Positions 42,517 through 53,221 of a stretch of 64,000 nucleotides of DNA are shown piece after piece. Source of the DNA: a virus; the IMG/VR virus record IMGVR_UViG_3300012931_000667, positions 13,901 to 77,900 of that record; one strand, 5' to 3'. The notes beneath the pieces are model-generated. The model made no database searches. It saw only the letters and a list, made by a program, of their open reading frames with translations, and was not told the origin of the DNA. The position numbers were made by a program, and so were the translations under genes. The number at the start of each line of letters is the position of its first letter. The first letter of the stretch is position 1.

Positions 42517-44320
42517 TTGTTATTGTAATATGAATACTGGTACTTTTAATTTTAAATTTTCTGAAGATATTCAATATTTTTCTGATATAATTATTTTATT
42601 AAGAGAAAATTATCATTGTACTTATAATAAGGTTATTCATGAATGGTTTACACAAAAAGCATTAGTAGCTCAATCTATTATTTTAGATTTAAAAGCATAT
42701 GATGATGTGTTTATTAGTAAAGAAGATGAAGAACTTATTGAGAATATGATATATCCAAAAGATTTTTCTTATAAAAACATAAAAAAACAAATTAATAATG
42801 AATGGTTAAAAAAATTTCCATGCATAATTGGAAAATCACCTTTTGAGAATTATCAAATGGATACTATCAGATTTTCTTTAAATAGAAATAGAGCTATAAT
42901 ATCTTTAGCACCAGGAACAGGTAAAAGTTATATTATGGAAGCAATTATATCCTCTTTAAAGGATATAGGTAATAAAAAAATATTATGGGTTAATAGATTA
43001 GAAGGACAAACAACTCAATATTACAAAATATTAAAATTTCTTTCTGATTTTTATAATGAAGAAGATGTAAGTATTGTAGAAACTAATAATAGAGAAATAG
43101 AAGACTACTTTAATAAAAAAGTTATTATTACTAACTATACATCATTAAGATTATCAAATGAATATTATTATCATATTAAAAATAAAAAACATAAAAAAGG
43201 AAGTAAGCCAGGAAAAGATTATATTGATTTTAGCAAATGGGGTAAACCAGAGGATTTAATATTAATTCTTGATGAAACACAATCTATATGTAACTATTCA
43301 TCTTTGCAATCTCAAGTAATACAATTTCATAAAAATTATTTTGATACTAGGTATTTAATGTCAGGAAGTATTGGATATAAAATTTTGGATTATTTTGCAT
43401 TATGTAAAGTATTAATTCCAGAATCTGTTCCTTATTCTTTTTCAGAATTTAGAGACTATCTATCAGTTAGAGGTACTTATGGTAAAGAATTAATTCCTGA
43501 ACGAGTGAAAAAGTTTAAAGAAAAAGTAATTGATAAAATACAAATTAGTTATGGTGAAGAAGTACTAGATTTAAAACCATTTATTGAAGAAGAAGTATTT
43601 ATAGATATGTCACCTAAAATGAGAAAAATGTATAAAGATTTTGTTGATGATAAAGTGAATGTAATTGAACATAAAAAAGATAGTGTTAATATTAGTACTA
43701 TAGAAGCAAATTTTGGATCATTACTATTATTTACTTCTGATCCTATACTACTAAACTTTCCTAATTGGAAATTTACTGAAAATCCTAAAATTGATTATTT
43801 AAAATCAATGCTAGAAAGATATATTGATGATGAGGGTAGAAAAGTAGTAGTATGGTCTAATCATCCTATGGTTATTAATGAATTAGGAAAAGTATTTAAT
43901 AAATATGACCCTATAATTATACATGGTGATGAAAGTACTTCAGTTAAAAGAAAAATGAGAGATAAATTAATACAAGATTTTAGAACTAATAATAATAAGC
44001 ATCTACTTATATGTTCATATGTACTTAACTCTTCTATTGATTTATATGAAGCTACTAGAGAAGTATATTGGGATAATATTACAGATAATGATAAACGTGA
44101 TCAATCTAAAAAAAGATTATGGAGATTGGGACAATTAGAATCTGTTAAATCTCATTATTTCCTCTTTGATAAATCAATAGATATATATTGTTATTATGAA
44201 ATACTATGTAGAAAAAATAAAGTTAGAAATTTATTAATGGAAAAAAACAAACTATCATTAGAAGATTATGCTACAGTATTTAATGCTAAAGCTCAATATT
44301 ATTGGAAAGATACTGATTGA
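42509..44320 (+). CDS. SF2 (SNF2/DEAD-like) helicase
   Basis: YQ, APGTGKS, LILDETQ, MSGS, QSKKRLWRLGQ. Likely start MINC after AAGGA. Confidence 0.85.
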   Translation: MINCYCNMNTGTFNFKFSEDIQYFSDIIILLRENYHCTYNKVIHEWFTQKALVAQSIILDLKAYDDVFISKEDEELIENMIYPKDFSYKNIKKQINNEWLKKFPCIIGKSPFENYQMDTIRFSLNRNRAIISLAPGTGKSYIMEAIISSLKDIGNKKILWVNRLEGQTTQYYKILKFLSDFYNEEDVSIVETNNREIEDYFNKKVIITNYTSLRLSNEYYYHIKNKKHKKGSKPGKDYIDFSKWGKPEDLILILDETQSICNYSSLQSQVIQFHKNYFDTRYLMSGSIGYKILDYFALCKVLIPESVPYSFSEFRDYLSVRGTYGKELIPERVKKFKEKVIDKIQISYGEEVLDLKPFIEEEVFIDMSPKMRKMYKDFVDDKVNVIEHKKDSVNISTIEANFGSLLLFTSDPILLNFPNWKFTENPKIDYLKSMLERYIDDEGRKVVVWSNHPMVINELGKVFNKYDPIIIHGDESTSVKRKMRDKLIQDFRTNNNKHLLICSYVLNSSIDLYEATREVYWDNITDNDKRDQSKKRLWRLGQLESVKSHYFLFDKSIDIYCYYEILCRKNKVRNLLMEKNKLSLEDYATVFNAKAQYYWKDTD

Positions 44321-44345
44321 CATTAATCATAAATTTTGATAGAGT
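44317..44345 (+). promoter_or_regulatory. sigma70-type promoter
   Basis: TTGACA (44317-44322), 17 nt spacer, TGa-TAGAGT. Confidence 0.6.
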
Positions 44346-45000
44346 ATCAAGAAAATAAGTAGGTAAAATAATGTATATTACAGTAAATTATTTAAATAAA
44401 AAAGAGTTAGGGATTAATCAGACAGAATTCCAATTATCAGATATTGACACTGATGTCAAGGTTTATGTAAATGGAAAAGATTTTGATTTAGGTGAATACA
44501 AAAGTTATTGATCAACTAACTTTATCTGATATTAAAGATATTATTTGTGATAAGGATTATACTGCTAGTGATTTGGATTTAGACATTGAAGATGAAGATG
44601 AAATCATTTATGAATATTTTGATAATAAAGATTTATATGATATTATTTCTGATCGCTTTGATGATACTGATGTTTATCATTATATTGAAAAAAGGTTAAG
44701 TAAAGATAAAAAAATTGATATTACTAATTTTATTAGTGAAAATGTAATAGTAAATCAACTAAGATTATTAGGGTATGAAATTAAAAAGGAAAATAATTAA
44801 TGGATTTACCGATAGAAGTTATGGATATTCTTAAAAAATACTCAAGGTATCCTAATAGTGGATATATTAATCCTTATTTTCTTTCAGATATTTCAAATTT
44901 ACTGAAAACGTATTATCAATTATCAGATGATACTGTTGATACATGGATTTATAATATATTTGGTAGATAATATTTAATTATAAAAAAAGGAAAATAAAGA

Positions 45001-45369
45001 ATGTTGGAAATTAATCAAGAAGAGAAACAGATAGTAGAACTATTACGAGCATTATCATCAGAATCAGAAGAAAGAATATATAACATCCTACTAGCATTAA
45101 TGAAATATGCATTAATGCAAACTACTGATGGTAAACAGATTACTATCCCTATGTTTGGAGATTTTTTTATCAAGTATAAGGGGGATATAGTAGTTAATGA
45201 TAAGTTAGAAGCTGATTTAGATTGCTACTTCACTCCTTCTACATTATTAAAAAGATCAATAGGACAATACAAAGATGTAGAAAAAGGTAAATTAGCTATG
45301 CAAGATATGGATATTATAAAATATCATAAGTTAAATATTGAACGAATAATAAGAAGCAAAGTAGATTAA
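45001..45369 (+). CDS. HU/IHF-like DNA-binding protein
   Basis: ITIPMFGDFFI...FTPS..LK pattern. Confidence 0.5.
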   Translation: MLEINQEEKQIVELLRALSSESEERIYNILLALMKYALMQTTDGKQITIPMFGDFFIKYKGDIVVNDKLEADLDCYFTPSTLLKRSIGQYKDVEKGKLAMQDMDIIKYHKLNIERIIRSKVD

Positions 45370-45380
45370 GGATACATATA

Positions 45381-46148
45381 TTGAATACTGATGATACTAT
45401 ACTATGGTTTCCTCATTACAAGCCATGTACAAAATGTCAATCAGGGTTTATTATAAATGAAGGAAAAGCAACTAAATGTGAATGTAAAATAATGTATGAT
45501 ACTGAATTATTATTTATTAATGATTTAATTGATAGTAACCTACTACAAGTATTCTCTTCCGAAGCTCAATATACCTTTTTAAAAGAGTATACTATAGATT
45601 CATATAGAGGAATTGATAATAATAAAAATAAGGATAAAATAAATAAGTATATATCTAAATTTAATGATAAGTATAATAGTGTCAATCTATTTTTTAGTGG
45701 TGAACCAGGAACACAAAAAACTACACTAGCAAAATATATATTATGCTCATTATTAAGACAAAAAAAGAATGGGTATTACATAATTGCTAATGATTTATTT
45801 AATACATTAACTAACTCTGAAAGAAATGAAGAAGCTAGAGAAAAATTAAAAGAATTAATCACTAAGGATATATTAATAATTGATGAATTTGATGAAAGCA
45901 AAATTACATTATATAACTCTGATTGGAAACAAAAATTTATATTACCTTTTTTAAAGATAAGGTTAGAAACTGTAAGGAAAGCAACTATATTTATTTCAAA
46001 TAAACTACCTACTGAATTAGGAGAAAAATTTGATGGTGCTATTCAAGATTTAATAGTGAGAGAAACATCAGGTTCAGTATTAATTTTTAATGATAATTAT
46101 GCTAAATATAAAGATAATATAAAAATAAGTAGCATTTGGGACGATTAA
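45381..46148 (+). CDS. DnaC/IstB-like helicase loader ATPase
   Basis: CTKC...CEC Zn site, GEPGTQKT, LIIDEF, TIFISN; directly upstream of DnaB. Confidence 0.85.
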   Translation: MNTDDTILWFPHYKPCTKCQSGFIINEGKATKCECKIMYDTELLFINDLIDSNLLQVFSSEAQYTFLKEYTIDSYRGIDNNKNKDKINKYISKFNDKYNSVNLFFSGEPGTQKTTLAKYILCSLLRQKKNGYYIIANDLFNTLTNSERNEEAREKLKELITKDILIIDEFDESKITLYNSDWKQKFILPFLKIRLETVRKATIFISNKLPTELGEKFDGAIQDLIVRETSGSVLIFNDNYAKYKDNIKISSIWDD

Positions 46149-46164
46149 CTAATAAAGGTAATTA

Positions 46165-47562
46165 ATGTCTACTAATAATATCAATATCACTATAACAGAA
46201 AAACAATTACTTCATGCTTTGTATGATAATCTAAAATTATTAGATACCCTTAGTATAGATGAATTCATTACTGATGTAGCTAATGAATTTTATGGTGTGT
46301 TCATTAAACTATATGATTTAAAGTTAGAAGTAATTCCTGAACATATATTAAAATATAAATCAGAATTTATTAAGATAGAAACATTAACTGCTATTATTGA
46401 TACAAAGTATCAGTTAGATAGTATTGATCAATATGTTAAAGAAATAAAAGAGTATAGTCTATATAAAAATCTAGAAGAAAAGGTATTAAAAGATACTTTA
46501 TATGAACTAGGTAAAAAGAATACTACTAATAGGTTAGAAATTCTTACTAATTGCTATCAACAGTTTGGTAATACACTACAAAAATTAAAATCTGATAATA
46601 ATGAGGAAAAGGAGTACTTAACATTTGAAAATTTAATATCTGATCATAAGGAAGTAATAACTGAACGTAGTAAGATTATAAAACAAACTACTGGATGTCC
46701 TAATTTTGATCTTTTACTTCCACAGATTGTTCCTGGATTAGTAATAATTGCTGGTTATAGTGGAAGTTGTAAAAGTACATTATTAATGTATTTAGAACGT
46801 CAAAGAGTAATAAAAAGATTAAATTGTATAGCAATTAATACTGAAATGGCTAAAACAGCATATAATGATTCTTTATTTCCTTCATTTTTAAAAGTAAATT
46901 ATTATGATATGCTAGGAATTAATAAAAAAGAAGATATAGATTATGATTATATATTAAGTAGAATGAATGAAATAGAAAATAAATATAGTGGAAAAAGTAA
47001 TTATCTATATTTAAATAAGTATGATGCTTCAATTGATGATTTAGAAAAATTTGCTATTTTTGCTAGAGAGTTTATGAATTTAGATAAAAGTAAAACTTTG
47101 TTTTGTTTCATAGATTTATTATCAATGATAAAAGATTTTAATCTAAGTAAAAGTGGATTTAATAAAGCAGATTCTATTGAATTAGGGGTTAATCGTTTAA
47201 ATGAATTTTGTTTGAAAAATAATGTATTAACTATAGGAACATTACAATTAAAACGTAAGGATGATACAAAAAGAATTGAAAGATTAGATCAAATTGAAAA
47301 TTATAGATGTAATGCTTCTGATATAAAGTCATCAGGTTCTTGGGAAGAAAGAGCACGAATAGTTATGTCTGTATTCAATCCTTGGTCAATTGTGCATCGT
47401 AATCCTACTTCACAAGTTATTAGAGATTCAATTGATCCTATTATTGATGTAGATATTAATAAAGACAATTATTTTTCTCAATCTGGTAAAAGAATACAAT
47501 ACCTTTATCAAGAAAATTATAAAACTTTTATACCTTATTATAATAATGAAGAAAATAAATAG
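46165..47562 (+). CDS. DnaB-like replicative helicase
   Basis: TGCPNFD, IIAGYSGSCKST, NTEM, FIDLL, LQLKR, SDIKSSGSWEE.A. Confidence 0.85.
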   Translation: MSTNNINITITEKQLLHALYDNLKLLDTLSIDEFITDVANEFYGVFIKLYDLKLEVIPEHILKYKSEFIKIETLTAIIDTKYQLDSIDQYVKEIKEYSLYKNLEEKVLKDTLYELGKKNTTNRLEILTNCYQQFGNTLQKLKSDNNEEKEYLTFENLISDHKEVITERSKIIKQTTGCPNFDLLLPQIVPGLVIIAGYSGSCKSTLLMYLERQRVIKRLNCIAINTEMAKTAYNDSLFPSFLKVNYYDMLGINKKEDIDYDYILSRMNEIENKYSGKSNYLYLNKYDASIDDLEKFAIFAREFMNLDKSKTLFCFIDLLSMIKDFNLSKSGFNKADSIELGVNRLNEFCLKNNVLTIGTLQLKRKDDTKRIERLDQIENYRCNASDIKSSGSWEERARIVMSVFNPWSIVHRNPTSQVIRDSIDPIIDVDINKDNYFSQSGKRIQYLYQENYKTFIPYYNNEENK

Positions 47563-47564
47563 TT

Positions 47565-48500
47565 ATGATTATAGGTATTTATAAAATAAGTAACAAAGTT
47601 AATGGAAAGGTTTATATTGGACAATCTTGGAATATTGAAAAAAGATTTAAAGAACATAGAAAAAGAGAACTTAATAATCATTTAAAAAATGCTTTTAATA
47701 AATATGAAATTGAAAATTTTTCTTTTGAAATAATAATGACCTTTAAAAATGGTCCCTTTACTCAAAAATATTTAGATAAATTTGAAGATTATTACATTAA
47801 ATTTTATGATTCAATGAATAGTAAAAAAGGATATAATAAACGTGAAGGAGGAAGTAATGGAAAGATGTCTAAAGAGTCAAAAATTAAAATAGGTAATGCT
47901 AGTAGAGGTGAAAAAAATGCTAATTATGGAAAAAAATTTTCTAAAGAAACCTTATTTAAAATGAGAATAGCTAAATTAGGAATTAAACAATCTGAAGAAC
48001 TTAAAATAAAAAGAGGAATATATAAAAAAGGAAAAGATAATCCTCACTATGGCATTATTCGTTCTGATGAAACAAAATATAAAATAAAAATTAGTAGAAA
48101 TAAAATGGCTGTTGTCTGTATAGAGACTAAAGAAAAATTTGATTCTGTAACAGAAGCTAGTAAAAAATATAAAATAGATAAAAAATCAATATTAAATGTT
48201 TGTAGAAATATTATCAATTATAATACTGCTGGTGGCTTTCATTGGATGTTTTTAAGTGATTATGATGAAAATAAAATTTATAATTTTAGAAAAAACAAAA
48301 CAAATGAAATTAAGGTAATAAATATAGATACTATGGAAATTTTTGATTCAATTACAAAAGCCGCTAAAAAATATAATTTATCTATTTCTAATATTCATTC
48401 TTGTTGTAATAAAAAACAAAAAACTGCTGGTGGTTATCAATGGATGTACTATATTGAATATTTAAAATTAGGACTTGACAAGAAAAGTATAATATGTTAG
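47565..48500 (+). CDS. free-standing GIY-YIG homing endonuclease with NUMOD repeats
   Basis: GIYKISN...VYIGQS..R..H, GYN..EGG, two FDS.T.A...TAGG.W modules; paralogous to 1531-2313. Confidence 0.92.
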   Translation: MIIGIYKISNKVNGKVYIGQSWNIEKRFKEHRKRELNNHLKNAFNKYEIENFSFEIIMTFKNGPFTQKYLDKFEDYYIKFYDSMNSKKGYNKREGGSNGKMSKESKIKIGNASRGEKNANYGKKFSKETLFKMRIAKLGIKQSEELKIKRGIYKKGKDNPHYGIIRSDETKYKIKISRNKMAVVCIETKEKFDSVTEASKKYKIDKKSILNVCRNIINYNTAGGFHWMFLSDYDENKIYNFRKNKTNEIKVINIDTMEIFDSITKAAKKYNLSISNIHSCCNKKQKTAGGYQWMYYIEYLKLGLDKKSIIC

Positions 48501-48503
48501 AAT
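48475..48503 (+). promoter_or_regulatory. sigma70-type promoter in the 3' end of the GIY-YIG gene
   Basis: TTGACA (48475-48480), 17 nt spacer, TGt-TAGAAT. Confidence 0.7.
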
Positions 48504-48524
48504 CTTATATTCATATAATATAAA

Positions 48525-48593
48525 AAAAGATTACAATACTTATATCAATCTGATTTCAAAACTTTTGTTCCTTATGTAGAAATTAATACTTAG
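48525..48593 (+). pseudogene. orphan second copy of the DnaB C-terminal coding segment
   Basis: Translates KRLQYLYQSDFKTFVPYVEINT* versus the DnaB end KRIQYLYQENYKTFIPYYNNEENK* (47488-47562). Confidence 0.85.
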
Positions 48594-48605
48594 GAGGGTT
48601 ATTAA

Positions 48606-50183
48606 ATGGATCAATATTTTAAACTACCTCCATTTACTATGTCTGAAATACTATTTCATGACCCTCCTCAATATGATATTATGACTCCTATTAAACTAAC
48701 AAATGAAGAAATAGTTGATCATTTAGAAAAAGAAAATAAATTATTAAGAAAATCAATAGAGAATTTAAAACAATATTATGGTGTAGAATATTTAGAAGCA
48801 GTAAGAGAATTAGAAACATATTTAATTTATTCTAGAATAGAAGTAAAAGAGGAAAAAGATGGATCAAACAATTAAATTACCTGAAGATATTCATATTGAA
48901 ACTGTAGAATTAGTGGGGGTAGATTCTTTAGGAAGAAAACATGCTATAACTTGTGATATTGCTTTAGAAGATAATAAAGGGTATATAAATTATTATAATC
49001 TTCAGGGACAACTTACCACCAATAAAGATTATTTAATTGATGGGCTAGTTACCCATTATAAATGTGCTACTTGTGGTAGTACTTATCCTAAAGAGGAAAG
49101 TAGATACTATACAAATAAAATTTGTAGGAAATGTAGAGATATAGAAGAAAAAAATAAAGAGATTGATAAATATAATAGTTTAGAGATAGAAGAAAATCCA
49201 GAGTTTCCTATTGTAGATTACATAACTAATAAATATTTCTTTAATTATGAAGATTTAATTGATCAATTAATTGAAAATACAAATTTTTATACTATGAGCT
49301 ACTTAGGAATTGATGAGTATTTATCTAATTTACACTTTGTTACTGCAAAACCTATGGAAGCTCCTACTATTGATTTAATTGAACTATTAGATGAAAGGGA
49401 TGATTATTTTAATGATAATGATGATTTATCAAATTTATTAGGGCATACTGATGATGGAGAAAATATAAATAATTTAAATATTTTAGTACAAGAGTCTTTA
49501 TCTCAAATGTGGAAAAATGGTAGTAAGGTATATACACCTACTAATAAAAGATTTGATATTAAAAAATTAATAAAAATTAGTGATTTAAAAGAAGTGAAAG
49601 AATAATCTATGGAAAAGCAAAAGTTATTAAAGAATATTTATATTGCTAAAGATTTTAATAGTATTGTTATAGGCTTAATTTTAGCAAGAGACAAAGATAT
49701 AGCTAAAGTCTTTTTTGATGGCAAGTATCCTTCTAAAGTAAATTCAATAGAAGAAATAGACATTGAAGATATAGATAAAAAAATACCAGGACAATTATAT
49801 TTTAATATTATAGAAACAGAAGAGTTATCTATTAATTATAAGGACAAGGTAAGAGTAACTATTCAAAGATAAAGGAGATTACTATGGATAATAAAAAAGA
49901 AGAAATTAATGTAGTTTCTAGATTTAAAATAAAAGTTGGTGCTACAGAATTAGAACTAAGTAAGGATGATGCTGAAGCACTATATAATGCACTATTTATT
50001 GCATTAGGAAAGAGTCTACCTACTACAATTAATATCCCTTACATTATTAAAGAAATTCCTTATTGGGAACCTTATAAATATAAGTGGAATAATGAACAAC
50101 CTTATACTATTTATTGTTCTGATAATACAAATAATAGTAAATCATGGTATGCTAATGAAAATGTATCATTGACAATACAATAA
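48606..50183 (+). other. four hypothetical ORFs (48606, 48859, 49609, 49884)
   Basis: Co-oriented ORFs with SD sites; 48859-49605 has CATC/CRKC. Confidence 0.6.
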
Positions 50184-50202
50184 AATAATGAAGGAATAAA
50201 AA

Positions 50203-51165
50203 TTGATACAACAAAACGTAATATATAGGGTTAAATCTGGTTCACAACTATATGGGACAAGTACCCCGGAAAGTGATATTGACTATGTATCAGTTTTTAT
50301 TCCTTCTACCTATAACTTACTGTCATTACAATCCTGTGATTTTATAGATATGTCTAGTAAAGGTGCAAAAGAATATAGAAGAAATACTAATCAAGATTGT
50401 GATGATCAATCACATTCTTTATCTAGATATTTAAGTTTAGTAGCACATGGTAATCCTAATTTAACTGAAATACTATTTGCTCCTACTAATGTAATTGAAC
50501 TTGAATTACCTGTTTTTACTGAAATAAAAGAAAATTATAATAAATTACTTTCTACTAAAAAAGTATATGATTCATTTACAGGATTTGCAGTTGCACAAAG
50601 AAAAAAATTAGAGTACAAAAGAGTTAGATATGGAGAATTAGAAATAGCATTACAATATATGCAAGATATATTAGGAGATAAATTAGTTGATAATAAATAT
50701 AAAATGGATCAATGTACAGCAGAAAATTTAAATAGATTACTTCAACATTATAAGGGGAGTAAGAACAATATTGAACATTTTCATGTAGGATTACCATTAA
50801 AAATAATATATGAAAAAATAAAATCAGAATATGAAAATTATGGATGGAGATTACATACTGAATCTTTCAAAATCTTAGGTTATGACACAAAATTTGCATC
50901 ACATACTATTAGACTACTTTTTGAAGGTGAGCAACTATTGTTAAATGGAAAATTAGAATATCCATTACATGATGAAGTATATATTGATATTATGAATATA
51001 AAAAATGGAAAACTATCTATTGAAGAATTTAAATCTATGGCTTATAAATATGAAAATAGATGTAGAGAAGCATTAATGAATTCATCATTGCCTTCAAAAA
51101 CAGATACAAAATGGATAAATAATTGGTTAGTTTCTGTATTAAAAGAATCAATACTAAAGGAGTAA
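50203..51165 (+). CDS. DNA polymerase beta-superfamily nucleotidyltransferase (RlaP-like)
   Basis: SGSQLYGTSTPESDIDY (GS..DxD), GNPN..E.LF, GYDTKFASH.IRLL. Confidence 0.88.
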   Translation: MIQQNVIYRVKSGSQLYGTSTPESDIDYVSVFIPSTYNLLSLQSCDFIDMSSKGAKEYRRNTNQDCDDQSHSLSRYLSLVAHGNPNLTEILFAPTNVIELELPVFTEIKENYNKLLSTKKVYDSFTGFAVAQRKKLEYKRVRYGELEIALQYMQDILGDKLVDNKYKMDQCTAENLNRLLQHYKGSKNNIEHFHVGLPLKIIYEKIKSEYENYGWRLHTESFKILGYDTKFASHTIRLLFEGEQLLLNGKLEYPLHDEVYIDIMNIKNGKLSIEEFKSMAYKYENRCREALMNSSLPSKTDTKWINNWLVSVLKESILKE

Positions 51166-51167
51166 TG

Positions 51168-53192
51168 ATGGAAATTAGTACAACCTGTCCTGATTGTGGT
51201 ACTAAATTTTCTATTAATTTATGTTTAAATACTATAATTGCTAGTGTTCATTGCCCTAATCCATTATGTATGAAAGAAGCTATTGTAGAAGATAATGATG
51301 ATGAATTCGATGATGAATCTAACTATTTTATTTTATGGACTTAAAGGAGAATTATTTAATGTCTGAAGTTACAAAAATACTACCACAAAATTTTCTTCCT
51401 GCAAAAAAGGAAGTAAGTAAATTAGAAAATACTTATTGGTATAATAAACAAACTGATAGTCAAGAAAGAAATGAATCTGATGAAAATTTAGCATTACTTT
51501 ATCTACTATTAGCTGATTTTGCTTCTTTTGCAGAAAACAAGCAGTATGCATTAGGTGATAAACTATTAATGAAAAAGGGTACTGAAAGTTGGCAAATTAT
51601 CCTTGGCGAATATGGTAAAAAAGTTGTATATGACTCTGAAGCTTCTTGGATTGAAATTCAAGATATGAATCAAAAAGATTATGAAGAATATACTATTAAA
51701 AGCAATAAAGAATATAAGGATAAGAAAGGGTATAAATAATGGCAAAGAAAATACTTAAAAAAAATGTTCATCAATTCTATGACAATGAAAAGAAGATACT
51801 TGACAAGAATACTCAAAATGAGTACACTCAATCATTAGAAACTGAAATTGAGCAATATTTTAGATTAAAAGATGTAGTAAACAAAGTACTAAATTCTTGT
51901 AAACCTTACTATACTGATGTTCAAAGTACATTAAGAAATATGTGGGAAAAAGAAGTAAGAATAATTACATTAAGAGGAACTATATATAATCATTTAGGTT
52001 AATATGAAAAATCTTCCTCATAATATAGCTTTTTTAGAAGAATTAAAATTAATTGATATAGATATTAATACTTACTCTATAGAAAAAATATTAATGTCTT
52101 TTTTAGCTTATGTTCAATCTGGTGATCCAGAACATAGAATTGACTCTGCATTAAGAATACTAAATAAAGAAGGTTAATTATGCCCACAATAGAAGTTGAT
52201 GATGATACTTATAATTTTTTAATAAAGTGTCAAAAAGAGTTAAATGAACAGGACAATAGATGCACAAGCAATGTGATTTTCTTTAATCAATATGAAGATA
52301 GAAATTATGCTGAATATCATGATGGTTATCATTCTGATGGTTATGAATGGTATAACCCTAATTGGGATAATGGTGATAGAGGGGTAGAATCAGATGAAGA
52401 ATTAGTAGATTGTTTATTAGAATATGGATATGAGGAAGAGATAGAAGCTTTAGATATATTATATACTAAAGATATTGAAAATATGATTGATAGTGAAAAA
52501 CCTACATTAAAAAAATGGTTTATTGATATGCTAGATGAAGATTTACAATATTCAGGACATTCTAAATTAATAGAATATATTGAAGATTACATAGAACAAA
52601 TTAATGATTCTATAGGTGAAGAAATAGAAGTTACAATTGAAGATTTTGATGCTTGGAAAGATATTACTAAAATTAGTTATAGTAAAAATTATAAAATTGC
52701 AGAAAGTGGATTATTTAGTTTCTTTGAGTCCGATATTGCAGAACATAAAAGATTAGATAGTCATAACTATAGAGAAAATACAAGAAGTTTTGGGGGGAGC
52801 ATACAAAGAACCCCGAGTATGCTTAAACTATTAGAATGGTTAACGAATCAAGATTTTACTAATAAGGAAGTAGTATGATTTCTAAAGAAGATTTTACAAT
52901 TCAAATGAATAACTTAGTTACTTATAGACAAAAACAAGATGAAAGATTAGAACATTTAAATGCGGCTTTTCCTGATGCTATGAGTATGCTAGATGATGTA
53001 TCAGAAAGATTATTTGATCAATATGTTTATTTTTTAAGTGCAGAAATGGATGATAGTAATGATTTTATAGGATACTATATTTTTGATAATGACATGGGAA
53101 AAAGTAAATTAAAAGTTACTGTAGGTAGTAAAGATTTTATACTTGATAATATTGATGCTCTTTGGAAAGTAATTACTTTTGGTAAGGAGTAA
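51168..53192 (+). other. hypothetical ORFs (Zn-ribbon protein, 51335, 51739, 52180, 52875)
   Basis: Co-oriented ORFs; CPDC/CPNPLC in the first. Confidence 0.55.
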
Positions 53193-53221
53193 TTAATCAA
53201 TAATATAAGAAAGGATTTTTA

